DNA from: Lama guanicoe
Lineage: Eukaryota
Reading direction: 5' to 3'
NCBI GenBank assembly: GCA_013239625.1
Contig: MU053792.1
Coordinates: 1,196,112-1,260,111 of the forward strand
DNA length: 64,000 bases
Below, piece by piece: positions 1 through 12,149 of this stretch (positions within the stretch are counted from its first letter, which is position 1; every line of letters begins with the position of its first letter). A program made the translations under genes and the position numbers. Below the pieces are notes generated by a model. The model was not told the origin of the DNA. It made no database searches and worked only from the letters and a program-made list of their open reading frames with translations.

Positions 1-59
1 TGAGAAGCAGAGATTCCCGCGTGCCTGAACCCCTGTCATCCAGAGAGCAGAGGTTCCCC

Positions 60-1135
60 CAGACAGAAGGGGAGAACGTACTTTCAGATCATATATCTGA
101 TAAGGGGTTAACACCCAAAACATAAAGAACTCCTACAACTCAACAGCAAAAAACAAGCCATCTGGTTGAAAAAATGGAAAGAGGAGCTGCATAGACGCTT
201 TTCCAAAGAAGACACACAGATGGCCAACAGGTACATGAAAAGGTGCTCAACATCCCTCATCATCAGCGAAATGCAAATCAAACCCACAGGGAGCTATCCC
301 CTCCCACCCGTCAGGACGGCTGCCATCAAAATACGAGCGCTAACAAGTGCTGGCGGGGCTGTGGAGAAAAGGGAAATCTGCACACTGTTGGTGGGAATGC
401 AAATGGTGCCGTCACTGTGGAAAACGATATGGAGGCTCCTCAAAAGTTTTTAAGTAGAACCCCCGTATGATCCAGCAACTCCACTCCTGGGAGTATATCC
501 AAAGGAAATGAAATCACATGTCAAAGAGACAACTGGACCCGCGTGTTCACTGCAGCATTATTTACAATAACCAAGTTATTGAAACAACCTAAGGGTCCAT
601 CAGCAGATGAATGGATACAGAAAATGCGATCTATATAATGGAATCTTATTCAGACATTAAAAAAAAAGAAATCCTGCCATTTGTGACAACTTGGATGGAC
701 CTTGAGGGTATTGTGCTAAGTGAAACAAATCAGACAGAGAAAGACAAACACCTATGATCTCATTTATATGTGGAATCCGAAAAATAAACCAAACCCATGG
801 AAATGGAGAACAAGTTGGTGGTTGCCAGAGGTGAGGGTGGGGCTGATTGAAATCCGTGAAGATAATCAAAAGGTGCAGACTTCCAATTAGGAGATAAGCA
901 AGCCCTGGGGACATAATGCACAGCAAGGTGACTGGAGTTAACAGCACTGTGCTGTGCATTTGAAAGTTGTTAAGAGAGTCCATCTTAAAAATTCTCATCC
1001 CAAGAAAAATAATGTGTAACTATGGGTGGTGACGGATGTCAACTAAACTTCCTGCGGTGACCATTTCACAGTATGCACAGCATTACGCTGCACGCCTAAG
1101 ACTAACAACACTGTGTGACAGTTGTACATCAATAA
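60..1135 (+). mobile_element. Old L1 (L1MA/MB-like) 3' fragment: ORF2 C-terminus plus 3' UTR
   Basis: ORF 166..453 ([37 protein letters not shown]) resembles the L1 ORF2 C-terminus. It is followed by typical L1 3' motifs (gatccagcaactccactcctggg; gatgaatggatacagaaaatg). Confidence 0.93.
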
Positions 1136-1194
1136 CACACATCTAAGGAAGCGAGGTGGGAGCCCGGACTACCTGCTGCAGAAGCTGCCTCCGC

Positions 1195-1300
1195 CCTCCA
1201 ACAGCAGCGGGCGGTGGTTGTGACAGGGGCTGTCGGTCCCTCAAAGCCTAGACTGTTTACTGTCTGGACCTTCACAGGGAGAGTGCGCAGACCCTGCCCT
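1195..1300. mobile_element. MER58-like hAT DNA transposon fragment
   Basis: aaagcctagactgtttactgtctggaccttcacaggga resembles the MER58 terminus. Confidence 0.6.
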
Positions 1301-2914
1301 GGAAGACAGTGGTCATGGCAGCGACAACGGCCTGTCTGGGTGCAGGCTCAGCCCAGAGAGCCCTGTGCTCTGCTGTCGCCCCATGTAACCCCTCCACACC
1401 CTCAGAGGGAGAGGCTTCAATGTTCCCATTTTACACATGAGAAAACTGAGGCTTGTTTGCTTTGAATAACTGACCGAGTGGTGAGGGAAGCACTGAACCC
1501 CAGTGTTCTGATTTCATAGCCACATCTCAACCCTGATTTTTACAAGGCAGGGGTCCAGGCACTGGGGACCCTCCACCTTCCACACTTGTAGTCGTGCTCC
1601 AGGGCCGCCATCCCCAAGGTGGCTGGGTGAACACATTTAATCCACTTACTCTGCACCCGCTCAGCCCTCGGCTGCCACTCTGCTGTTGCTGCCTGACACC
1701 AGCTGAGGTTTTAGGTGAATCATCACCCCCTGCCCACCTGCCTGCCCTGCCGCGGGGGGCAGGCCCCTCCTAGCCTGGGCATTCTAAATCCTTAGCGCAC
1801 ACATCTGCAGAACTGCATCAAAAGAGCGCTGCTCACCTGTGTCAAGGTGTTGACAAGGGGAAGGGAGGGGGAGTTGGGGTGGCCTCTTATACCAAAAGTG
1901 GCACATGAAAGGGACATGTTTATGTCCATAATGAGACTCAATTTGAAGCTAAGAACTTGGTCCCAGAAAGGAGTAAAGGCTGAGAGACTACAGGGCTGCT
2001 GAGAAAGGGGCTTGACTATTTGATTGCAAATTTTTAATTTAATTAAAAGATCAGCCCCCTGGATGATAACAATTTGCCCCTAAGGCCAGAATTGGCCACC
2101 TGAGCCCTGGGTACCCCTCAGTTCCAGGATGTAATCATCTGAGCAGGGGGGCCTTAACTTGGGGGGCTGTCCTCTCAGTCATGGGTGCACCTGCCCACGT
2201 GTGCACCCATGGACTGCAGTGCCCACGGGTCAGGGTGCTCCTCACGCCTGGCCAAGGAGGCCCAGGTCACAAGGAAGGAATGACAGTCTGTGGGATCACA
2301 TGTGTGCCCCCGCAGGGGAGATTGTTGTATAAGGAAGAGCCCACCCTACCCCCTCCTCCCCACCCTCACATCCAGGAGGGGTGCTGGAGGGAGCAGGACT
2401 CCTGAGCCCCTAGGCTTAGCAAGCACCCTGGCTGAGGGTGGGGAGGCTGCCCACTCGAAGTCACAGATCAGATGGTGGATTGGGGTCCCACCCCCACAGC
2501 TCACCAGTGAGCCTCTCTAGTCTGTTTTCTCCTCTGTAAACTGAAACCCAGTCACCCTCACCCTCAGACGTGGGGGCAGCCTGTGTAAATTACAACACAA
2601 AGCCCTGGGCTGTTTCAGGTGCCCTGGGGTGTCCAGCCCCGAGGCCGGGCAGGTGGGAGAAGAGAGGTGTGGGTTAGCAGGTGGGACAGCAGTGCTGAGA
2701 CCTGGCTGAGTGTGTGCACTCTAATATCCAGGACCTGGGAGCTGCCACTAGCAAACCCATTCCCTGAGGCCATGTTTACTCTCACTTGTCAGCTACAATC
2801 CCGTTTGCACAGAGGCTTCTGGAGTCTATCAGCCACATCATTGCCTGTCACCACACTGTTGCAGTCCCAGGGTCCCCATTTAGCCAGCTTGAAGGGATAG
2901 TCAGATTCCCTTTT

Positions 2915-3320
2915 TAACCAGTGACAGAAAACCAAAGCGGCTTAAAGAAGCAAATAAGGCAGGAAAGAATGACTTACCTAACTGAGATGTCCACGGGGAG
3001 ACAGCTTCAGGCAGGGCTGTACCTGGTGCTCAGTGACATCAGCAGAAGTTGTCCTTCCCCACTTCTGAGATCTGCCACTGGTGTCATCTTCACATGGCTC
3101 TGCCTTTATGAGAGCAAGATGGCCACCAACTGCCACAGGCTGACATCAGGTCCCTTCAACTCCCAACTGAAATAGAACTTCTCCACCCCCAGGTTTCCAG
3201 CACCAAAGCCTGACCATGGAGCCTGACAGGGCTGGTGCCCAGCTCTGAGCCAATCACAGTGGCCAGGGAGGATGGAACACACTGACTGGCCAGACTGGGG
3301 CCATGTGGCCAACCTCTCCA
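2915..3320 (-). mobile_element. Old MaLR LTR (MLT1J/K-like)
   Basis: Motifs gtgacagaaaacc...ggcttaaa, cttcaggcagggctg and gagccaatcacagtggccaggga. Confidence 0.6.
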
Positions 3321-3348
3321 GAAAACTTGTGATCTGTTCACCTGTTTC

Positions 3349-3821
3349 TGTAACTTAGCAGACCCTGGGGGGCCTTCCAGAATCAGACTCCCTTCCCCCA
3401 TCCTCTGCTGCAGCTCCTCTGAAGCACCCAGGTAATATTATCTCATGTCTATTTCCTGAGCTTTTCAGATGCTTAAAGCCACCACCAAGGGAAGAAATTA
3501 ACACTTGACGATTGAGGGTGCATTGCCTCCAGTCCTTCTGGTACCTGGGGGTTGATGGTGTTGATCGCCCTGTTCCCTCCACATCAACCAATCAGAGGAT
3601 TGTGCACAAGCTGATCACCTACCCTGTGACTCACCCTCCCTTACCTGGCCTTTAAGTATGCTTTGCTGAAATTCTTTGGGGAGTTCGGGATATTCTTAGG
3701 CATAAGCCACCCCGTCCTCTTTGCCCGGCCCTGCAATAAACCTTTCTCTGCTCCAAACTTCGATGTTTCAGTTTGCTTGGTCTCGTGGTGTGGCAGGCAC
3801 ATGAACTTGCCCTTAGTAACA
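3349..3821 (+). mobile_element. Solo ERV LTR
   Basis: TG...CA ends (tgtaac at 3349, gtaaca at 3821), TATA-like tttaagta near 3651 and AATAAA at 3735 followed by a U5-like tract. Confidence 0.75.
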
Positions 3822-4059
3822 CTCCCTCTGCCTGGAACCTCTTCTGCCACCTGTGCACATTACGTGCCCTTCCTCACATCTTTTCAGCTTTATTCTTTCA
3901 GGAGTATTTACTGAGAGCGGTTTACGTGCCAGACACTGTTCTAGGTATGGATGGTTGGATCCAGCATCTCTCTGATCATCACTGAGGTGGAGCATCATTT
4001 CATGAATTCATTGTCTGTTTTATTGGAAAAAATAGATACATAAATGTAGGGAGTCCGAA

Positions 4060-4570
4060 TCTCTCAGGCATAAACCCAAATACTAGACATAGATACTTAA
4101 ACTAGCAGGGGAATGGTGCATAACTTCCCAACTCCGTCAATTTTGGCTGCACATAATGACATCCTTTCAAAAAGCACGTGCAGAAGAGGCTGGGAAATGG
4201 ACTCACTTCATAGAGGAGGCATCTGAAAAACGTGCCTCAGCCAGCTGAGCAAGGGCGACAGCAACAGTAACGCCACCTTTAGGGCGCGTGCCCTGAGTTT
4301 TACTTAGACATGGCAGCCAAATGTGATGGGGCATTCTGAACGGGATCTTAGAAGAGAAAATGGTAAAACTAAGAAAATCTGAAAAAAGCATGGATTGTAG
4401 TGAATAATAATATATCATCATTAGTTCACTAATTGTAACAATGAGCATAATAATACGAGATGGCAATAAGACAGAAAACTGATCTGGACTACCTGGGAAA
4501 TCCTACACTATCTTTGAAAAGTTTCTATAAATCTGAAACAAGTTAAAATAAAACTTATATTAAACATTTT
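4060..4570 (+). mobile_element. Ancient L1 (L1MC-like) 3' UTR fragment
   Basis: gggcattctgaacgggatcttagaa... ending in ctatctttgaaaagtttctataaatctgaaa...taaaataaaa. Confidence 0.6.
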
Positions 4571-6423
4571 TATATTTTAGAATATATTATTTTAAAATTA
4601 CCCTACAAGAAATTACTATGACTTTTACCTGTCACCTCCTTCTATTTTGTTTTTTCTAAAGATAGGACTTATGACACAGAATAAATAACCTAGAATAATA
4701 CATACATAATTTCCAATCACATTTATTTCACAGTTTTCATATTAAATACTAATGCACGTGTTTGTTTATGATGTAGGCTGTTCTTTGGAGGGTTTTTCTT
4801 TCTTTTTTCTTTGGTTGTTGTTTTACTGGTATAGCTGTGTCCTAAGTTCACTCTAAGAAGTTTGTCATCATAAATGTATATTAGGATTCAGGCTTCAGTG
4901 AGTTTATTTAATTTCATGGCTGACCATATTCAAAATACTGGATTGTTTAAAAATAATAATAATAATATTAATAATGCTCCAATGTGACTGGCTCACTTAT
5001 TCCAAGAATGCTTGTTTTTATTTTGTTTCCATGATTACATTTCCGCACTAACAGAACAAAATCAAACATTTGCAACTGAAACATTCAAATTAGAAGAATG
5101 AGAACAGAACTTCTGACCAGAAAGATTCAGTATTTTCCCTTGGTGTTTTCTAGTCAGAATTGTTTTAAAAATATCTAAACTAATCAACTTCTAAGTGATA
5201 GTTAACAGAAAGTGACAAATGCAGAGAATCAAACAGCAATCTTGCAAGTGATTTTACTTGTTGCTATATTTTGTCCCAGAAATAAGTTACTTCTTAGAAT
5301 AATTAGTCCAAGATCAAACCCTGAAATGCCTTTCAGTGTAGTCAAACTTGCATGTTATTATAATGTTCATATAGCTAATGATACAGGTAAAGATAAAAAA
5401 GTGATCTCTCTTCTGTGTTTAATGCAATTCAAAAGAAACATCCAACAGTCTTAAGAAATTAGGTTAGACCTGAAATACAGGTGGGAAAATTAGCAATAAT
5501 TAGCCAGTAATTTTCCTTGCCTTCTCAGTGTACAAGAGTAGTAGCCCATGGTAAACAGATATGTAACATGACAAGGTACCATCATGTTAAGAACACTTTC
5601 ATCACCACAGAAAGACAGGTTTATTGACTGCAATGAAATGAAAGAAAAAATGGATATGATGTACCATAGGTAATTACTGGTCAATTGGAAAAAGATAAAA
5701 TTGATATAAAAATGCTCGTCATCACAGATACTATAAACGAGTGACTAAGACAGTTGCTTAGAGGAAGAAGCTAGCTTTCCTCAGTTGTGTATGATTATGC
5801 CAAATGGGTGCTTGTTCAGCTCATAATTTTAAGACAAAAAAGTTCCACTTCTATAAATTAAAACATAATCTTTAAATTATTGCACAGTGGATATATTTTG
5901 TGAATTAAGTGAGTAGATGGAGTATTTTCATGTCTGTTCTAAAAAGCACTCTAAATACATATAAGAATATTCAATGGTCATGAAGATGAAATGCAGTCGG
6001 CCACCATCCCAGGCAAACCCACAGGTATGTACGTGTATGTATGTATAACATATAGTAGTAAGTAATACACAAAAGAATATGAAATACACTATTATCATAA
6101 TATAGCAGATAAAATAAAATTAGAAAATAAACTGCTGAAAAAATAAGCATGTTGGTGCAAATAGATGACAAAGCAGTTATGATGGGATGCTATTGTGAAC
6201 CCAGGGGACACGTTAACAAAGCTCTCCAACAGCAAATTCTGACTCTGTGCAAAGATAGCTGCTTCTTCGAAGGCCTCCCCCTCCTTGCTTACAACCAAAG
6301 TGAGAAGCTGGAAATAGAGGGTGTAAATAAGGCATAGGAATGTACTTCCTGATTCAGAAAATAAACTAAATGGAAATCTAAAGATACAAGCACTGAAAAT
6401 TCTATAAAATATCAATTCTCCAG

Positions 6424-7800
6424 GGTGGGGAAACTGCAGCTCCTAGCACGGGGGGTGGGGTGGGCGGTGGGGCTGAGTGGGCGCTGTGCAGGGGGTGGCT
6501 GCGAGGCGCCCTGTCGCAGGGCAGATCCTGGGGGTGGAGGTGGGCGAGGACCTGATGCTTCTCTTCCCTGCCCCCGTTTGTGTTTCCTCGCAGATCGGCC
6601 CGTCCCAGGGGGAGCTGCGGCCACCCCCGCGCCGGAGGAGGGTGGGGAGGTCGTTCCCTCGCCTCCTCCGGGCGGCGGGAAGGAGGCGGGGGCAGCCAGG
6701 GCTGGGGCGGGTGGCCTGCGGTGGGAGCCCGGCCGGCCCCGCTGGGACTCTGAGGACAGGTGCCTGCCAGACCGCGGGCCAGCGGCCGCACCACAGGCTT
6801 CCTGGAGGAGGAGAAGGCGACGCGGGGGAAGATGCGCGCCAAGCAGAACACCCTCCCGCACCCCCCACCCCCGCCCTCCACGCTGGGGGCACCGGTGGCG
6901 CAGCCGGGAAGCTCCCCGCGGCTCCGGGCACCTCGGCTGCGGGGGCCAACGAGCTCAGTAACAACCTCCCGGGTGGCGCCGCCGACCCTGCCGCCCGGCC
7001 CCGGGCCGTGAACTGCGCGGTGGGCCCGGGGCCGCAGAGCAGCGCCGCCCCGGCCAGGGCAGCCGGAGGACCAGTCCCCCGCCGCCGCCGCCGCTTAGCG
7101 GGCAGCGCCGCCCCGGGCGACGAGGAGGAGCGGGACAGCGCCCCGGAGAAGGGCAAGAGCACAGGCCCCAGCGCCAGGAAAGGCGAAGGGCAGACGGAGA
7201 CGAGGAAGCTGCGGGAGGAGCGGCGCTCCGGGTCTGGTAAGCATCCCCGCTGGGCAGAGTGCTTAGAGGAACCTGAAGGTGATGAAGCTGGGCAGACACA
7301 GTGGAAACGAGAAGATGCAATTACACCCCAGAACACGGTGCAGAAGGAGGCTCTAAGCTTATTAGATCCACGTAGTTCCTACCTGTTACACTTAGAGGCA
7401 GATCTAAAAACACAACCATTACCTCTGAAGATGTCTCCAGTATAGATACCCCCGAATAGACAGAAGTGGGTTCAGCAGGTAACAACAGGATGCACATGCT
7501 TAGTGGTAAGAGAAAGGCAAGAAAACTTAAAACTTGTGAGACTAATGCAAGATAAAGAGGAAGTGATCGGAAAACTCAAAGAGGAAACTGACTTGTTAAA
7601 TAGAGACCTTGTTAAATAGATGACATAGAAGATGAACAACTAAAGCAGGAGAATAAAACTCTTTTGAAAGTTGTTGGGCAGCTAGCAAGGGAGAAGATTC
7701 ATGGCTCAGTGTGGGAAAAAAATTTAAAAACTACTGATCGAATGTTGTGGTTAATGCTAGGCCAATATTCCTCTGCAAGTATCTGTATTTATTTCTAGAA
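6424..7800 (+). pseudogene. PAWR: PAWR (Par-4) processed pseudogene
   Basis: Colinear peptides match recalled PAWR: TTGFLEEEKATRGKMRAKQN, ANELSNNLPGG, PEKGKSTGPSARKGEGQTETRKLREERRS, AECLEEPEGDEAGQTQWKREDAITPQNTVQKEALSLLDPRSSYLL, VVRERQENLKLVRLMQDKEEVIGKLKEE and EQLKQENKTLLKVVGQL. There are no introns in the CDS. ATG has become CTG at 6750, and there are frameshifts, an internal deletion and a short duplication near 7592-7620. The 3' boundary is approximate, and no poly(A) or TSD was identified. Confidence 0.93.
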
Positions 7801-10529
7801 AGTAAATTTCTAGACAGTGCTGCCCACTGTCACGGTGGTGTTCCAGGCTCAGGCAGTGCCTTTGGCTGTGAGGTGCTGTCTCCCTGGGGTGGTTTACCCT
7901 TAGGTGTGGGGCAGGAATACTGGTGTTGCCTAGCTTCCCAACCACACTTTGGATGTTGTGCAAACATTGTTAATATTCAGCCTTGAAATGTATTAGTGTA
8001 CTGATTGTCAATAAAAGAAGTATTTTAAATTTTCTACTTAATCCATTAGTAAGTAAAGGAATATTTCGATTCCTTTTTAAGATTATACCAGCTATTAAGG
8101 CTTTTAAAGATCAAGCTCTTTTAAAATGTTTCCTCTATTTCGGTTTATCAGGAACATTTCCAACAATAACCTTTTACATAATGGTACCTGGTGCAGATAC
8201 AGGGGCCTGACAATTCAGGCAAAGCAGGTCATGTGCAGTCCTCTCTCCCAGGCTTAAAATGTATGTGTGTATCACATATAGATTTTTACACTAAAGATTG
8301 AAAAATAAAGTAGGATGTGCTACAATCTGTTTCCCTTTAAAATTTATAACTAACATTGAGATTTTAAAAAGGTTACTTAGATACATGTGCACTACCTTAA
8401 AAAAACTTTGGCTGTTGTCAGTAAAGTGCGAGTATTTGTGCCCATTCAGGAATAATATTTCTTATATCTCCTGAGAATTTGTGGCATAATATATATCCAA
8501 TATCCAAAGTTCTAATGCATTTATGATGTTATTTTCAAAATATTAAGTTTATTATCTTTAAAATGAACATGACTTGCCTCCTGCATTTCTGACCTGAATT
8601 AACTTGGGAATCACTGAAGAAATCATCTCTATTTCATCTTTCTAGAATTGTTATTAATTTTACTGCACTACAATTACCTTTAGAGAAGAAGAGGAAGGCT
8701 TTAGGTGGGTATTTCCAAGGGAATTTACTAAATATAATAGATGAGCACTGTCATGCTTGTTTAAGTAGTTTAAAACATAGAAAATTAAATATCAGGGGCA
8801 GATACATGAAACAATGTATTCTTAAGGTTAAAAAACCTACTTCAGTTACATGTGGTTTATGTTTTCTGGGTTAATTTGGATTTTTATAACTAGAAATTAA
8901 AATGCAAGTTTTGAGTCCATCAATACTTTGTTGAAAACAATGCAAATCAATGTAATAGCATGTTCATATGTCCAACACCAGAAGCTAAGATAGGAAGGAA
9001 CGTGGGTTTGATAATCTGATGTCATAGACAATATTCATGTGTACATTGAGTGTCATCTTTTTTGTGGGGTTTTTGATCTTGACTCAGTGCCTAGTAAGTT
9101 CCATGCCGTGTTGGCACTTTTTAATAACTATTCTTGATGTTGTTAATAACCTGTTACAAGATTCAGGCATATATATACATATTTTTTAACCTCCCAAATA
9201 TTTTATTTATTAATTTATTTGAATACGATAAGTTTGGTATATAACATGTGAATGTAAGGTGTATAGTGTGTTATTTTGATATATGTATTTATTACAATAT
9301 AGTTGTCAGGCACATATTTGCATCTTGCAATATAAAAAAAACCAAACACATCAGCTTTTCATTGGGGGGAATGTATTAAATGAGAAGGAGCTAGCATTAA
9401 AATAACATGTTAAAGTCTGGTCACACATTGTCTCATTGTGTCTGAACCATTCCTAATACGTAACAGTAACTTGACTTCTTTTGCATTGGAACTATGCTCT
9501 CATAAATAAAGGACCCTCTCATTGATTAGGACTGTCACTTGTATGCCTTACCTGAGAACTAGTGACACTTTTTGGTGGTTGTTTCAATAGGCTGAAAACA
9601 TGGTACTAATAGGCAGCAAACAGTTTACTCATCATGTGCATGAAAAAAGGCACTTTCCCCCATGCTGTTTTCTCCAAGTTGGCTGTTTCATTCTCAGTAT
9701 AAAGACTTGAACCATCGCCCAAGAAAACCTGACCCCATATTGTTTTTTTTTATTTTTGTTTTACTGAGCTAGAGTCTCAAGTGTGTTAAAGTTGTCTCTC
9801 CATACCCCACCCAAAAAAAGTAATTACATATGAGTATGTGAGAGAAATATGGTTGAGGGGGTTATATTAAATTTTCATGCTTACTCTTTCAGTAAGTAAC
9901 TGGGTAGACAATTATAGATATGATAGAAGCTTTAAAAAAATGCTCATGGATCAGCCCTTCTGTCTAGCAGTGTGTAGTGTGTGTCAGTGCTGTCTTAAGA
10001 GTGCTGACTTAAGTACAATTAGCCAGTCTAATCTGAATACTTCATTCAAAAGTACTTTGTGTATTAACTATGCAGCCGTTGTACTTTGGGTCTGGTTAAT
10101 GGGGACTACTGAGTTTGCTGCAGCACTTACTGACTGGCGATGAAAGCTCTGATGCATGTTGGGAAATGTCTTACAGTTCACATGAGGCCTTCCGCTATTC
10201 TCTTAAACTCCTTGCTTGGTTCCCTCTTGGCCTTTATTGGGGCCAGCAATTACCCGTTCTCTTGTGTGTTTGGTTTTGTCTTTCCCCATTAGATCGTCTC
10301 TGATGACAGGGAGTGGATGCTTGTAGCTCATTCACCAACGTCTCTCCAGTTTCTCCCTGGCCTCTTTTCAATATTCAGTAAACATTGCATACGTGCATAA
10401 ATAAATTAAATATTTAATGTCCAAAAAAGGAAGGCCAAAGCAGTGCAATCTGGAGCTAAATGGGACCTAACAGACCTGAATTTGAATCTCAACTTTAGTA
10501 TTAACTAGCTTAATGCTAAGGGTCTTTTT

Positions 10530-10705
10530 GGGGGGGGGTGATGAGAACTTTTAAGATCCAATCTCTTATCAACTTTTAAATATGCAGTACGGTTTATTAA
10601 CTATAGTCACCAGGCTATACACCTCACATCCCCTAGGACTTATTTATTTTATAACTAGAAGCTCGTACCTTCTGACCACCTTCACACATTTTGGCCACCC
10701 CCGTA
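10530..10705 (-). mobile_element. L1MA-like 3' UTR fragment
   Basis: ttattaactatagtcaccagg...ggacttatttattttataact, the reverse complement of motifs in the L1 at about 830-1000. Confidence 0.75.
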
Positions 10706-12149
10706 TCACTATATCGTGAGATACTTTGATAGGCCTTGGGTGACAACTAAATTTTAGGGAACACAGATCATGTTAAAGAGGTGTATTTTTTGATAGCAAA
10801 ACTCTTGATGAATTAAAGTTCCTGAAGAAATTTTTTTTTCCTACAGCCAAAAGACCAAAATTGTCAATGAGTCACTCACAGCTTATTTCAAGAACTTTTA
10901 ACATTCCTATCACATCGGTAAGTGACATATCCCCTTCCCAATGGCCATGTGGTGGCAGACACTGGTTCTGGGTGGGGTGAACGTGGTGAGTGCCAAATGA
11001 GGTCATACTTGTTCCTTCTGGGTCACTGAGCTTCTCTGCCTCTGTCTTAGTTTTCACAACTATAAAACAAAAGAAGTCACACTTGTGTGAAGTGTTTCTG
11101 AGTGCTTCTTTAAGGACAAATTGAGATCATGGATGTGAAGGCATGTTATATTTTTAAAATATTATATGAGTAAAACATCATCTCCCAACCTTAACTAGAA
11201 AAACAAGTGAGGAAAAAATGTGAATACAATGAAGAGAACTTGAGAAAGTTCCAGCATGCTTTATTAGTGCCAAGGTTAGCCCCCATTCTCCCACAAACAA
11301 AAATGGTGGGGGAGGGGCGAATTGGAAAATGACTGTGAAAGGAGACAGCAGAAAGATTGTTTTGTAAAATCTGAAGCACACGGGCTGCATTTTCAAGCCC
11401 GATTTGTAAAAGGATGGGCAGTGCTGGTGAAACGTAGAGGGCTTAGCTCTCCTTTAGATTAGAGGCGGGAGAGATGCGAAGCGGCCCAGCACCAGCACCT
11501 GGTGAGAGAGGCTGTCACCTCTCAAATAAGAGAAAGGGGAAAGTCAGCCAGCACTGTAGTCACCTGCTCCCTAGTCTCTTCCTTCTTCCACATGCTCTCC
11601 CAATTCCATCACAAACTGTGCTTAATTGATTGTGTTGCTTTTTAGTTATAAAATTCAGCCCCTCCGAGAACCCCTCCCGTAGACAGGGATTGGGGGAGGA
11701 GGAGTGGGGGGAGGGAAGCCAGAACTTAGTCCATACCCCAGTGACTGCACACTGGAGGCACGTCGCTGTGCAACACAGCCCGGGAGCCGCTTTGTTTATC
11801 AGTGAACTTCCTACTGTGGCCCTGAGATGTAGGTCAGGCTCATTGGAAATAACCAGCCGCGGATCACATGCCGTCTTTATTATATTTCGAGACTGGGTGC
11901 TCTGCTGATTCCTGCACACTGGAGTGCGTCTGCGCTGCAGGAGGGACGCAGGTAGAGTCCCCCATCTATCTTCCTGAGGCTTTCCGGGGTGCTTTCCCAT
12001 CCCCTCAGCCCTCCCTCCTCACCACCATCTCCCCTGCCGTCTTGGCCTCCAGCCTCTCTGTTTAACCAGTGCCTATCCCTCTCTCTCCCGGCTCTGCACC
12101 GCAGAAGAAGACACAGAGGGCTCCTCTTAATAGCTGGGGAGGGCTTGGC

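Noticed and set aside
6402..7336. Minus-strand ORFs over the PAWR copy
   Set aside because: Antisense shadows of GC-rich PAWR-derived sequence.
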